Shown one piece after another: positions 28,477 through 37,469 of a stretch of DNA of 55,029 nt (position 1 is the stretch's first letter; each line of letters opens with the position of its first letter). The DNA is from a virus (taxonomy: Duplodnaviria; Caudoviricetes). The notes beneath the pieces are model-generated. The model saw only the letters and a list, made by a program, of their open reading frames with translations. It did no database searches and was not told the DNA's origin. Position numbers and translations under genes: made by a program. The stretch is from IMG/VR virus record IMGVR_UViG_3300042569_001733, positions 1 through 55,029 of that record. One strand, 5' to 3'.

Positions 28477-29028
28477 TTAGAACGGAGCAGAAGGTGGAGC
28501 TGCTGCAACTGCTGGCGCTGGTGCTTCTGCTACTGGAGCAGCGGCGGGCGCTGGAGCTGGTGCAGGTGCAGGCGCTGGTGCAGGCGCTGCAGCAGCAGCA
28601 GTTGTAGGAACTCCCGCTGCGGCTGTAGCTACGTAGTACATCTTAATTTCGTTCTTCTTTTGGCCCTGCCATGTGCGAGAGCCAACCTGTGCACGAAATG
28701 CGCGTCCCTTAGCAGCTTGCTCGATTGCAGCGTTAGAAGGACTTGTTGCAAAGAACTCACGGCCTAAACCGAGAGCTGCCATCTTGCGGAAAAACATACC
28801 AAGAGCAGCAGGTGACTCTGGAGTAACAACTAAGTTATCCCAAACAAGACGCTTATTGTGTGCGCCGCCCTGGACCTGTGCTTTAAGCGAGAACATAGTC
28901 TTGCCCGATTGTGAAACCTTTGCGACGATTTCTTGAACTACAAGATCGTAGTCACCGTCTGGTAGTGGTTCGAAACTGCCTACATCTCCGGCGTCTTTTA
29001 CAAGATCGCCCCAATTGAGTGAACTCAT
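28477..29028 (-). CDS. DUF669-type single-stranded DNA-binding protein
   Basis: FEPLPDGDY...SGK.M...GG.H..R.VWDN pattern with a tail ending PF. Lies next to the AAA ATPase. Confidence 0.75.
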   Translation of the reverse strand: MSSLNWGDLVKDAGDVGSFEPLPDGDYDLVVQEIVAKVSQSGKTMFSLKAQVQGGAHNKRLVWDNLVVTPESPAALGMFFRKMAALGLGREFFATSPSNAAIEQAAKGRAFRAQVGSRTWQGQKKNEIKMYYVATAAAGVPTTAAAAAPAPAPAPAPAPAPAAAPVAEAPAPAVAAAPPSAPF

Positions 29029-29032
29029 CTGG

Positions 29033-29812
29033 TTATTCTCCTGACTTAGTTGTTGGTGGTGTTACTGCTGGTGTACTTGGACCGAAAATCATGTCAAGCA
29101 TGCGTTCGATACCAAGGTTTTCTTGTTCAACGATCTTTCCAAGTCTACCTTGTACTCGCTCGCCTGCTTCGTATTCGTCTGTACGCTCTACGTACATACG
29201 ACGTGCCTTAAACGGTGATTGCAGTGGGTCCGGATTAGGAAACGTTTCTACTGTAATTGCGCCAAGGATGTCATAGAAGTATGGTGCTTGAATTGCAAGC
29301 TGACCCTGTAGATAAGGACGTGAACGTCCGTCTGCTCCAGGTCGTGCCATAGCAGTTAGTACAACAGCTTCTAACGGCTGTGTAGGGTGCATTGTAAGGT
29401 CACGTAGGTCACGCAATAGCGCACCCATGTGACGAAGCAACTCGCCCCATTGTTGCATCTTCATTTGTTCAGTACCTGCGATTGAATCCATGCACTTCAC
29501 TTGAAGTTCAGAGATGGAGTCAATGATAAGTGACTTGAACTGATGCTTTCCAGTTTGTAACCACTGGAATGTTTTGAGAACAACATCGTAGTCGCGAACG
29601 TTAACGACTACCGTATCCCAGGTGCCATCGGCAACTGGAGGTTCTTCTCGAATAGGGTCCCAGTACTTAACGGTGATAGGTAGGAATCGATGCCCACCCT
29701 CAACGTCAAGCATGAGACGCGGATATGGTGCGGTTACCGCGAAGGTTGATTTGCCAACCTTTGATTCGCCGTAAACCATGATAGTCAACGAACGTTGTAC
29801 GTCAGACATCAC
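29033..29812 (-). CDS. AAA_24/Sak4-like ATPase (recombinase)
   Basis: YGESKVGKST Walker A, LDVEGG, IIDSISE Walker B. Confidence 0.8.
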   Translation of the reverse strand: MMSDVQRSLTIMVYGESKVGKSTFAVTAPYPRLMLDVEGGHRFLPITVKYWDPIREEPPVADGTWDTVVVNVRDYDVVLKTFQWLQTGKHQFKSLIIDSISELQVKCMDSIAGTEQMKMQQWGELLRHMGALLRDLRDLTMHPTQPLEAVVLTAMARPGADGRSRPYLQGQLAIQAPYFYDILGAITVETFPNPDPLQSPFKARRMYVERTDEYEAGERVQGRLGKIVEQENLGIERMLDMIFGPSTPAVTPPTTKSGE

Positions 29813-29848
29813 TGTTTCCTTTCATCTCTTTGTGTGTGTTTAACATTA

Positions 29849-30778
29849 TTAAGCGTTACCCTTCTTCTCTTCTGCGCCGTAGTAGGCGTATGGGTCAGAA
29901 GGTTGGAACGCGTCTTCAAGTGCAGCCTCAGCCGCGGACCCGTCATCAAACATCGGACATATAGAGAAGAATGAGCATTTCCACTTGCAATCGCGTGAAG
30001 GACTTGGGTACACGATAAATCTGTGATCTCCACCTTCATCAAGTGCCTTACGTGCATCCATCATGTTAGTTAAAACACCGTGGATACGTTGCCAAAATGA
30101 GCGCAAGGCAAAAACGTTATGACGAACTTCAATTTGTTCGTAGAAAGGCGGCTTTGCGTTTGCAGAGCGCTTAACCTTCTTTAACATAGTAAAGATTCCG
30201 CCTTCAGAGCGTTCGCCTTCTTTGTTCTGCGCAGTTTCTAACATCATGTATGTAAGAATCTGTTCATTCATGTGTGCCATCGCAGAGAAGTCAGTAAACG
30301 AACCTCCCACGGTCTTAAAGTCTCTAAACATACGCACTCCGTCAGCCTTACGACGTACACGCATATCAATCTTACCTTGTAGGATAACCTCGCCGTTAAG
30401 CAAAGGCATCTCGATGATCTCTTCAGTAGAAATCATCTCTAGTTCAGAGTCAATACCGTTTTCATCAACCCAATCAAGGTAACCTTCAAGCATGATGCGA
30501 CCAAGCTCAGCCTCAGAGTCTAGGTCGTACGTATCGCGGAATGAAGCCTCAAGAATTAACTTATCTTTCACGACAAGTTCAGAGTGAGCCTCAAGAAGTG
30601 GGATGCCTTTGCCGTAGTACATATCAAGCGCCTCGTGAACGCGAGAACCAAGTGCAAGTGCTCCTGTCATCTGTTGAGTTCTAGGTTGTAGGCGACGATA
30701 ATATGATAACCACCATCTCCTACGGCAATCTTTGAAGGTTTGGATTTCTGAGTTTGAGATTCTTACCGGCTGGGTCAT
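29849..30778 (-). CDS. Cas4-like PD-(D/E)XK exonuclease
   Basis: SNSEI.TF..C.RRW, GSRVH, GKID...DFKT, Q...Y, C-terminal CKWKC.F...C. Confidence 0.85.
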   Translation of the reverse strand: MTQPVRISNSEIQTFKDCRRRWWLSYYRRLQPRTQQMTGALALGSRVHEALDMYYGKGIPLLEAHSELVVKDKLILEASFRDTYDLDSEAELGRIMLEGYLDWVDENGIDSELEMISTEEIIEMPLLNGEVILQGKIDMRVRRKADGVRMFRDFKTVGGSFTDFSAMAHMNEQILTYMMLETAQNKEGERSEGGIFTMLKKVKRSANAKPPFYEQIEVRHNVFALRSFWQRIHGVLTNMMDARKALDEGGDHRFIVYPSPSRDCKWKCSFFSICPMFDDGSAAEAALEDAFQPSDPYAYYGAEEKKGNA

Positions 30779-32577
30779 AGCTTTCCTGCCTTATCGTCTT
30801 TAAGTAGTGAGAGAAGCTTATCTTTATCTTTTACGATTTGTTCAAAATTATCAGCCTTAGTTGATAAAACTTGAATTACTCGTTCCTCGATAGAACCATC
30901 TGTAACATAGTCCGTGACGATAATTGAGTCGTGGATTTCAGATCCGATACGGTGAACACGGTCAAGTGCCTGCTTGTGATCTACAAGTGACCATGGACGC
31001 TGTAGCATTACTAAACGACGAGCCGCGGTAAGTGTAATGCCAACACCGCCAGCCTGCGCTGTAAAAAGTATCCACTTGATCTTGCCAGATTGGAAGTCGT
31101 CAACCGCCTGTTGACGTTCGTCCTCGTCCTGGGCACCAGTGATGAGACCATGTGGAATCTTAGCCTTAGTCATTTCTGCACTAAGTAAATCAATCAACTG
31201 ACGTGACACCGCGCATACCGCAACGGAGTCATCTCCAAAGTCGCCGTTTGAGATATCGTCCATAAGTGAATCAACCTTACAGGAAGGCTCGGCAAGAATT
31301 GCACGCATCTCTCCGGTATCTTCATTTACGTCCATAGTTGCGTATGAACTTGCAAACTGAAGTAAACGAATTGTCTGCGTTAATGCTGAAGGTGCGGTAA
31401 TTGCATCTCCGGATTCTAATTCTGCAATCATCGTGTCACGCATCTGGTCATAAGCTTTCTTTTGCTTAGTAGACATTTCAATATCGCGACGTTCAAACAT
31501 CATTTCAGGAAGCCAAGGCAATACCTTTGCCTTAAGCATACGACGCATGCGTGGATTTATAGTTGCGTAGAACTCTTGTTCCATGTGAGGCTTTACACCT
31601 AACACCATCATGCCGCCAAAGGCATTCAACATCACGTTAACCATGCGGTCAACCCAACGTGTCTTGCTTGGCCACTCTTCAGGCGATAACCAGTGAAGGA
31701 TTGACCATAGATCTAAAACGTTGTTTGCGATAGGTGTACCTGTTAAGGCAAAGCGAATATCCGCATCACCTGTTGCGGCCCATAAGGCACGTGATTGCTT
31801 AGATTTTGGCTCCTTAGAGCGGTGAATCTCGTCTGCGACTACAGACTTAAAGTCAATCATGTTAAGTTCTCGCTTGTGAACCTCGCAGCGATTTATAGTA
31901 ACCTTCTCGTCATGTCCGCCGCATTCTTGACACCGCGCGAGGGCAATAGAGCCGTAGGAAGAAAGTCTAGAATGAGAGCGCAAGGACTCCCAGTTAATAA
32001 CGTATACGTCAGCCTCTTCCTCGAAGACTTTACGGCGTTGAGTTGCTGAGCCTTTAATAACCTCTACGTCAACTCCAGGCCACCACATATCGAACTCGCG
32101 CTTCCAGTTCTTCTTTAACGTGTTAGGGCAAACGATTAAGGCAGGAAATACATCTTCCCCGTTATCCTGTAGTTGTTTTAATGCTCTAATTGCCTGCGCT
32201 GTCTTGCCTAAACCAGGTTCATCTGCTAATAATGCTCTACGGGCTACCGATAGGAATTTGACGCCTGCACGCTGATGCGGGAACAGGTCCTCGTTGCCCT
32301 CTTCCAGGGTTTCTAGGTCACGTAACGTGTTCGCCGGGGTAATACGTGTGGCTACCTCGTTGGAAGCCCAGGCGGTCAATCTAGGGCCAATTTGAAGGTC
32401 AGTTTTGAAGGTACTACGTAACGCCAAGCATGTCGCCCAACTTGTAGGCACGTTCCATACCTGAGTTCTTGCGTCCCACTTTGCTCCAGGAATACTTTTG
32501 CAAAGTTCCTTAAGACGCCACTCAGTATTGATAATTACGTGCTTGCCCGACTCGTCAAGCTCTACGTCAACTGGCAC
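30775..32577 (-). CDS. SNF2-family helicase
   Basis: LADEPGLGKT, DEIH, LTGTP, GVGITLT and QALDRVHRIG motifs. Confidence 0.9.
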   Translation of the reverse strand: MPVDVELDESGKHVIINTEWRLKELCKSIPGAKWDARTQVWNVPTSWATCLALRSTFKTDLQIGPRLTAWASNEVATRITPANTLRDLETLEEGNEDLFPHQRAGVKFLSVARRALLADEPGLGKTAQAIRALKQLQDNGEDVFPALIVCPNTLKKNWKREFDMWWPGVDVEVIKGSATQRRKVFEEEADVYVINWESLRSHSRLSSYGSIALARCQECGGHDEKVTINRCEVHKRELNMIDFKSVVADEIHRSKEPKSKQSRALWAATGDADIRFALTGTPIANNVLDLWSILHWLSPEEWPSKTRWVDRMVNVMLNAFGGMMVLGVKPHMEQEFYATINPRMRRMLKAKVLPWLPEMMFERRDIEMSTKQKKAYDQMRDTMIAELESGDAITAPSALTQTIRLLQFASSYATMDVNEDTGEMRAILAEPSCKVDSLMDDISNGDFGDDSVAVCAVSRQLIDLLSAEMTKAKIPHGLITGAQDEDERQQAVDDFQSGKIKWILFTAQAGGVGITLTAARRLVMLQRPWSLVDHKQALDRVHRIGSEIHDSIIVTDYVTDGSIEERVIQVLSTKADNFEQIVKDKDKLLSLLKDDKAGKL

Positions 32578-32664
32578 TGTTTGTCGTTCCTTTCGTCATT
32601 ATTTCGCTATACTAACAGGATTTTGCAGAAGTTGTTTATTGTTTCTGCTTAGTATCTACTTTAT

Positions 32665-33117
32665 TTATTGTAGGAGCCTTCTAGGGATCCAACCAAGCTT
32701 TACACACTGAAGAAGGGCATGTCGTATCGCATCAAGCGCGTGTCCTTCACCGCCCTTATGCCAGTATTCCAGCTTCTTAAGTTTGGGATTATCAAACATT
32801 GCCTTGGCGTCGGAAGGTGATTGGAAGATAACGTCATCTGCCTTTCTTCCTGCGTCCATAAGGCACTGCTTAAGAATACCAATCTGCTCAAGGCTGTAGG
32901 GAGCTTGCGTCTTTTTAGCAGTCTGAGCGTTAATGATAAAGCGCTCACAGACAACAGTCACATCAGGATACTCAATAAGAGTGTCACGGATAGGCTTAGC
33001 ATACTCTTCTTGTTGATACTCACCTGCCCAGATTAAGACTGGCTCCTGTCCTCTTTCAAACGAGAATAAAGTCATGCCTGTTGCCTTGCCTGGGTCTACC
33101 GATAAGATCATCTTCAC
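32665..33117 (-). CDS. RuvC-like Holliday junction resolvase
   Basis: VDPGKATG, VCERF and HALDA RNase H-fold acidic residues. Confidence 0.75.
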   Translation of the reverse strand: MKMILSVDPGKATGMTLFSFERGQEPVLIWAGEYQQEEYAKPIRDTLIEYPDVTVVCERFIINAQTAKKTQAPYSLEQIGILKQCLMDAGRKADDVIFQSPSDAKAMFDNPKLKKLEYWHKGGEGHALDAIRHALLQCVKLGWIPRRLLQ

Positions 33118-34940
33118 TAGTATTTTTCTCCCCAGTTTTCCATAGGACCATCAATGCCGGCTGTAAGTGGGACTGCCCAACCTTCGGTAGTTGTCATGCA
33201 CTCCTTAACGATACGCTTAATTTCTTCAACGTCGTTACGCGGTGCGTTAAGAACAATTTCATCGTGCACAGGGACGATTAGAAGTTCGGTTAACTCTGCC
33301 TGATCTAGTTTTACAAGATTTGCCTTAAAGATCTCAGCCGCACCTCCTTGGGCTAAATAATTAAGCAATGTATAAACTCGATCTTCATCGCAAGGAAGTC
33401 TGCGGCCTGTCCATGTGTGAACGTACCCTTGGCCTTCTGCCTTAAGACGACGCATTCCAACATCTTCAATTTTTTGCTGGAAACCGGTCATGCCTGGAAA
33501 GCGTGCGTCAAATTGATTAACTACAGTCTTCATTATCGTCTCGGGCACACCTGCAGTTAGCGCTTGCTTTGCAACACCTGCGCCATAGAGACGACCATAA
33601 ATCATGCCTTTAATAAGACCGCGTCGTTTATCAGAACGCTGGAAGTTTGGATCGCTGTATACTTCTTTTCCAATTTCAGTGAACGGATCTGATCCTGTGA
33701 GGTCTGCCTGATGAAACATACCGATAAGGTTTGGATCTCCAGTAAGAGACGCAACCATTCTAAACTCAACCTGGTCAAGGTCAGAGGTAATAATCACGTG
33801 GTCATCGTCCTTAGGAATAAACGCACGACGTACAACGTCATCACCCTTAGGCAATGTCTGCAGCGCAGGGTTTTGGATTGACATGCGAGAGGTACGAGCG
33901 CCAAGCGTTTTTACAGAAGGGTGAACAAATCCATTGACGTTATCGTTAAGAAAGTTTGCAAAATATGTATTGGCAAGTTTATCTGCCTTGCGCTGCTTGA
34001 GTACGATTTCAGCTAAGGACTTTACCTCGTCGTTGCCTTCAATAGTAAGAAGCTTAAGTTGATCCTTTGAAGCTGATTTTTGTCCCGAAGGAGTGTATTC
34101 GTTAATCTCTGCGCCAAGAGATTCTAGTAAGCGCACTAGTTGAATATTGCTACCGATGGAAACACCGTTATATTTTTCCTTAGCCCAGGTCTTAACTGAG
34201 CCCGCGTACTCTGTTAACTCGTCAAACTTCTTCTTGGAGTAGTCAAGGTCAATACGTGCGCCGTTGATTTCCATGCGGGTAACAATGCGACGTGTCGCCA
34301 TTTCTAATTCGTATGCTCTATTGTATGGACCGTCAGGGCCACACTTTTCATAAAACTTTTCCCACAGGCGCATAGTTAAGATGCAGTCTAACGCACCGTA
34401 TGCCCAGTAAGGTTGAAAATTAGTCGGAACGGTGCCCCATGTCCAGCCGTTAGTTGCTAACTCTGTATCTAACGTATCTTGAAGAGCAACCGCGCGCCCG
34501 TCAACATATAAAGCTGCAAGACGTTTTAACGCACCGACACCAAGCGGATCAATGATATGGGCCATGATCATCGTGTCGTGCGACCTGTGCCACGGCAGCT
34601 TCCAACGTGATTGAATGTCAAACCACTTTGCCTCAAAGGCTATGTTGTGACAAACAATTTGCCCATCGAACTTATCCATAGCTTGATAGAACGCACCTGC
34701 CCACTCGTCCCACGGCATTGCCCACGCCTGTTGCCCATCACCAACCTGCACAAGACGAATTCGCCCGTGCCAAGGAGATAAGGCGTCCTTGCGATCTCGT
34801 CCTGGGTATTCTCCAGTTTCAGTATCAATCGCGATTGCATCATGAGGACGACGCTCGCCAAGCCAGGTTAAAAACTCGCCTGCCTTTTCAACGCTGTCTA
34901 CGAGGTGAAGTTGTACGTCACCTAAGCCTTCAACTGTCAT
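33117..34940 (-). CDS. polA: Family A DNA polymerase (3'-5' exonuclease plus polymerase)
   Basis: DTETG, HNIAFE and YGALD exonuclease motifs. DLDQVEFR (A), R..IK...YG.LYG (B), VHDE (C). Confidence 0.95.
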   Translation of the reverse strand: MTVEGLGDVQLHLVDSVEKAGEFLTWLGERRPHDAIAIDTETGEYPGRDRKDALSPWHGRIRLVQVGDGQQAWAMPWDEWAGAFYQAMDKFDGQIVCHNIAFEAKWFDIQSRWKLPWHRSHDTMIMAHIIDPLGVGALKRLAALYVDGRAVALQDTLDTELATNGWTWGTVPTNFQPYWAYGALDCILTMRLWEKFYEKCGPDGPYNRAYELEMATRRIVTRMEINGARIDLDYSKKKFDELTEYAGSVKTWAKEKYNGVSIGSNIQLVRLLESLGAEINEYTPSGQKSASKDQLKLLTIEGNDEVKSLAEIVLKQRKADKLANTYFANFLNDNVNGFVHPSVKTLGARTSRMSIQNPALQTLPKGDDVVRRAFIPKDDDHVIITSDLDQVEFRMVASLTGDPNLIGMFHQADLTGSDPFTEIGKEVYSDPNFQRSDKRRGLIKGMIYGRLYGAGVAKQALTAGVPETIMKTVVNQFDARFPGMTGFQQKIEDVGMRRLKAEGQGYVHTWTGRRLPCDEDRVYTLLNYLAQGGAAEIFKANLVKLDQAELTELLIVPVHDEIVLNAPRNDVEEIKRIVKECMTTTEGWAVPLTAGIDGPMENWGEKY

Positions 34941-35409
34941 TTACGTCCTCTGTTATTACTACCTCGATGTTGCACTTCTTAAAATAATCTACAGTCGCAT
35001 CCGGCAAACGATGAGCCGCACGCGTTCCAATTCGCATAACAACGCGTGTAATTCCAGAGTTAGAAATTAACTTTGCACACTGATAACATGCTGCGTCTGT
35101 TATGTATATGGTACCACCTTCTACGCGAGAACGGTCAACGTATAGTAGTGCGTTTGACTCTGCGTGAATTGATGGACATGAATCATATGTGTTATCGAGT
35201 GAGCTTAATCCTTGTGCTCGTGCACACCAGTTAATACAGTCGCCTTCCGCAGGAAACAAAGCTGCAGGACCGTTATACCCGGTAGAACTTATGCGTTGGT
35301 CCTTAGACACAACAACAGCTCCAATGTGTGCACGGCTACAGCGAGATCTTTGTGCGATTGCATCTGCAACCTGCATCCAGACCTCGTCCCAGGAAGGGCG
35401 ATTACTCAT
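34930..35409 (-). CDS. dCMP deaminase
   Basis: RPSWDE, RSRC.R..GAV, TGYNG, HAESNA, ACYQC. Confidence 0.9.
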   Translation of the reverse strand: MSNRPSWDEVWMQVADAIAQRSRCSRAHIGAVVVSKDQRISSTGYNGPAALFPAEGDCINWCARAQGLSSLDNTYDSCPSIHAESNALLYVDRSRVEGGTIYITDAACYQCAKLISNSGITRVVMRIGTRAAHRLPDATVDYFKKCNIEVVITEDVNDS

Positions 35410-35585
35410 CTATCAATATCCTCAATTCCACCAATAACAGCACTTGAAAGTATCTTTGACACTAGGTGCAGTGCTTCCTTCTTGCTAAAGCCCGCAGATC
35501 TAAGTTCAACGTACATCTCGTGGAGTTGCACGGTTGCCTCGCGAAGTGGACTACTTTGTCCAAAACCCTCTAGCTCATTACTCAA
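35406..35585 (-). CDS. Small hypothetical protein
   Basis: AAGGAG RBS before TTG 35585. HEMY..L..AGF...EAL pattern common in small phage proteins. Confidence 0.55.
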   Translation of the reverse strand: MSNELEGFGQSSPLREATVQLHEMYVELRSAGFSKKEALHLVSKILSSAVIGGIEDIDR

Positions 35586-36621
35586 TTCGGTCTCCTTTCT
35601 GATTTGCCCATAGCTCATCGGACTTGCTGATATACTTATTAGTAACGTTGACCGCGAACTCTATTGCCTCTGATGATATTCTGTACATCACATTATGGTG
35701 TTCTGGCCTTAGTATTTTTCCCCAGTAAGGCGCTAACTTCTCAGTTAGAGGAGCAAAACTTTTAGAAAGTGAAGAATCTTTAACTAAGATTGGATTAGTG
35801 TCTCCAGGGTGCATTTGAAGTCTATCCCACATCTGTGCAATATCTTCATCAGGCGTTATCGTCTTTGCAAAAACTTTATTGGCAAAGTTATTATTGACGC
35901 GTTCGTGCACATCCTTGCGAGCCTTAAATCTTTGTAGACTCGTGTAAGGAAGATGACATATTAACCAATCTTCCTTATTTGACGCGGCAACCGTAGTATC
36001 CCAAAGGTGCCAGAACTTACCGTCCCCATATTTAAGCTGGTGCTGTCCTGCGTCAACAAAGTCACCGGAGTTGTTTTTTACCAGGATCTTTGAGGGAACC
36101 CTAAACTCGTGAAGAAGTTTCTCGTTTCTTTTAACCTGCTCGTGAAACTCGTCACGATCTCCTATGTGATTTACGGACGTCACATAATGATCTATGAGAT
36201 GATAATCATCTAGTCTGGTGTCAATAAATCCTAGTGGAACTATATAGTTTTCTAGCTGCATGGCTATAGCATTCCATTTTTCACCTAGATTAGATAAAAG
36301 ATCTTCTATATCTTTGTCGGTAGGGCTAACGAGAAACTCGTCTGCGTCAAAGATAAAGTTCCAGTCAGGATTTTCTTGATTACTGATATGTAGAAGAATA
36401 TTAGTTAAGGCTTCCTGGTCAAATAAGTTGTCCTCATATCTAAATACCTCTATCTGATCCGGCCAAACCTTTTGTAGCTCAGCAAGACCATTTTTTGTGT
36501 CGTCGGTGCTGGAGTGGTCAATAACAAAAACTTTATCAACATGATAAAAAAGCGCATGCGAGATAGAGAGACCTAGTAAAGGCCACTCATTTCTTGCTAT
36601 TACTACTCCATGAATTTTCAT
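35578..36621 (-). CDS. GT2-family glycosyltransferase
   Basis: ARNE, DHSSTDDT, FDQ, DADEF, K......G.H, HLPY. Confidence 0.8.
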   Translation of the reverse strand: MKIHGVVIARNEWPLLGLSISHALFYHVDKVFVIDHSSTDDTKNGLAELQKVWPDQIEVFRYEDNLFDQEALTNILLHISNQENPDWNFIFDADEFLVSPTDKDIEDLLSNLGEKWNAIAMQLENYIVPLGFIDTRLDDYHLIDHYVTSVNHIGDRDEFHEQVKRNEKLLHEFRVPSKILVKNNSGDFVDAGQHQLKYGDGKFWHLWDTTVAASNKEDWLICHLPYTSLQRFKARKDVHERVNNNFANKVFAKTITPDEDIAQMWDRLQMHPGDTNPILVKDSSLSKSFAPLTEKLAPYWGKILRPEHHNVMYRISSEAIEFAVNVTNKYISKSDELWANQKGDRIE

Positions 36622-37469
36622 CTCTTATTGACTGCCTTAATCATGGCGTTTGCATACCATTGCTCAAAAGGGTGAAGACCGTACAGAAGCGCTTTTTCCT
36701 CATGATGAATTGCAGCCGTCAACGCGTTCATTGCGTAGTCTGAAACTTCTCCCCAAGAGTTACCTACCATAGCAGGGATCTTTTCGTACGGAGCGTAAGT
36801 ATGTTTTAAGCTTTCTGCAGAGTCATAGTGTTGCTCGTAGATATGAAGAGATCCGACGTGATGGTGATACGTTCCTGGCTCGATACCCAGGATAGATGCG
36901 ATAGCAAGTTGAACGCGGGTAAACTGGAAGAAGTCGTACGCCGCTCCTAGCCATACGTCGTTTGAGCGCATGTAAACGCTCATGTTAAGTTTGTTGTTGC
37001 GAATCCTGAATTGATGAAGGATAGTGCACGGGTAGTCTCGCTTATTTGCAAGAAGATCTAGCTCCGGATTCCAAATCGTAACGACAGCCTGTCGCGTATC
37101 TGGGTCTGCCTTAAGTCTTTCAACTATAGGAGCATACTGTGACTGTGTGCGAATTCCATACGCTCCGTGAAATAATCCGTTATCCTCGGTATAGTTAGCA
37201 AACTGTGGACCGATGGCAATAACAAGTTTCGGTGTGCTTGCACCTGCGATAAGCTGGCAAGCCTCAACCGCACCGATACCTGGAACAGTTCCACGTCCTA
37301 CACCTAAAGGTAAGGTGTTGTACACGTCATCTATACGAATAATTGCATCTTCAATCTCGCGCGTCTTCATACCGCGAGGAGCGACCTCCTTGCCGTATTT
37401 AAGTACGTGCTGCACAAGATCAACGTATCCGTTAACCGCGTCAGGTATGTTAATTATCGCAGTATCCAT
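36618..37469 (-). CDS. Thymidylate-synthase-fold enzyme, probably dCMP-specific (hydroxymethylase-like)
   Basis: YG.R, DTRQAV, catalytic PC, MRSNDVWLGAAYD, SLHIYE. Asp at the position of ThyA Asn177. Confidence 0.8.
   Translation of the reverse strand: MDTAIINIPDAVNGYVDLVQHVLKYGKEVAPRGMKTREIEDAIIRIDDVYNTLPLGVGRGTVPGIGAVEACQLIAGASTPKLVIAIGPQFANYTEDNGLFHGAYGIRTQSQYAPIVERLKADPDTRQAVVTIWNPELDLLANKRDYPCTILHQFRIRNNKLNMSVYMRSNDVWLGAAYDFFQFTRVQLAIASILGIEPGTYHHHVGSLHIYEQHYDSAESLKHTYAPYEKIPAMVGNSWGEVSDYAMNALTAAIHHEEKALLYGLHPFEQWYANAMIKAVNKR

Noticed and set aside
29849-30778. Cas4-like gene as part of a CRISPR-Cas system
   Set aside because: No array or other cas genes. It sits in a standard nuclease-ATPase-SSB recombination module.
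36618-37469. Assigning gene symbol thyA
   Set aside because: Asp replaces the dUMP-selecting Asn, so canonical ThyA function is doubtful.
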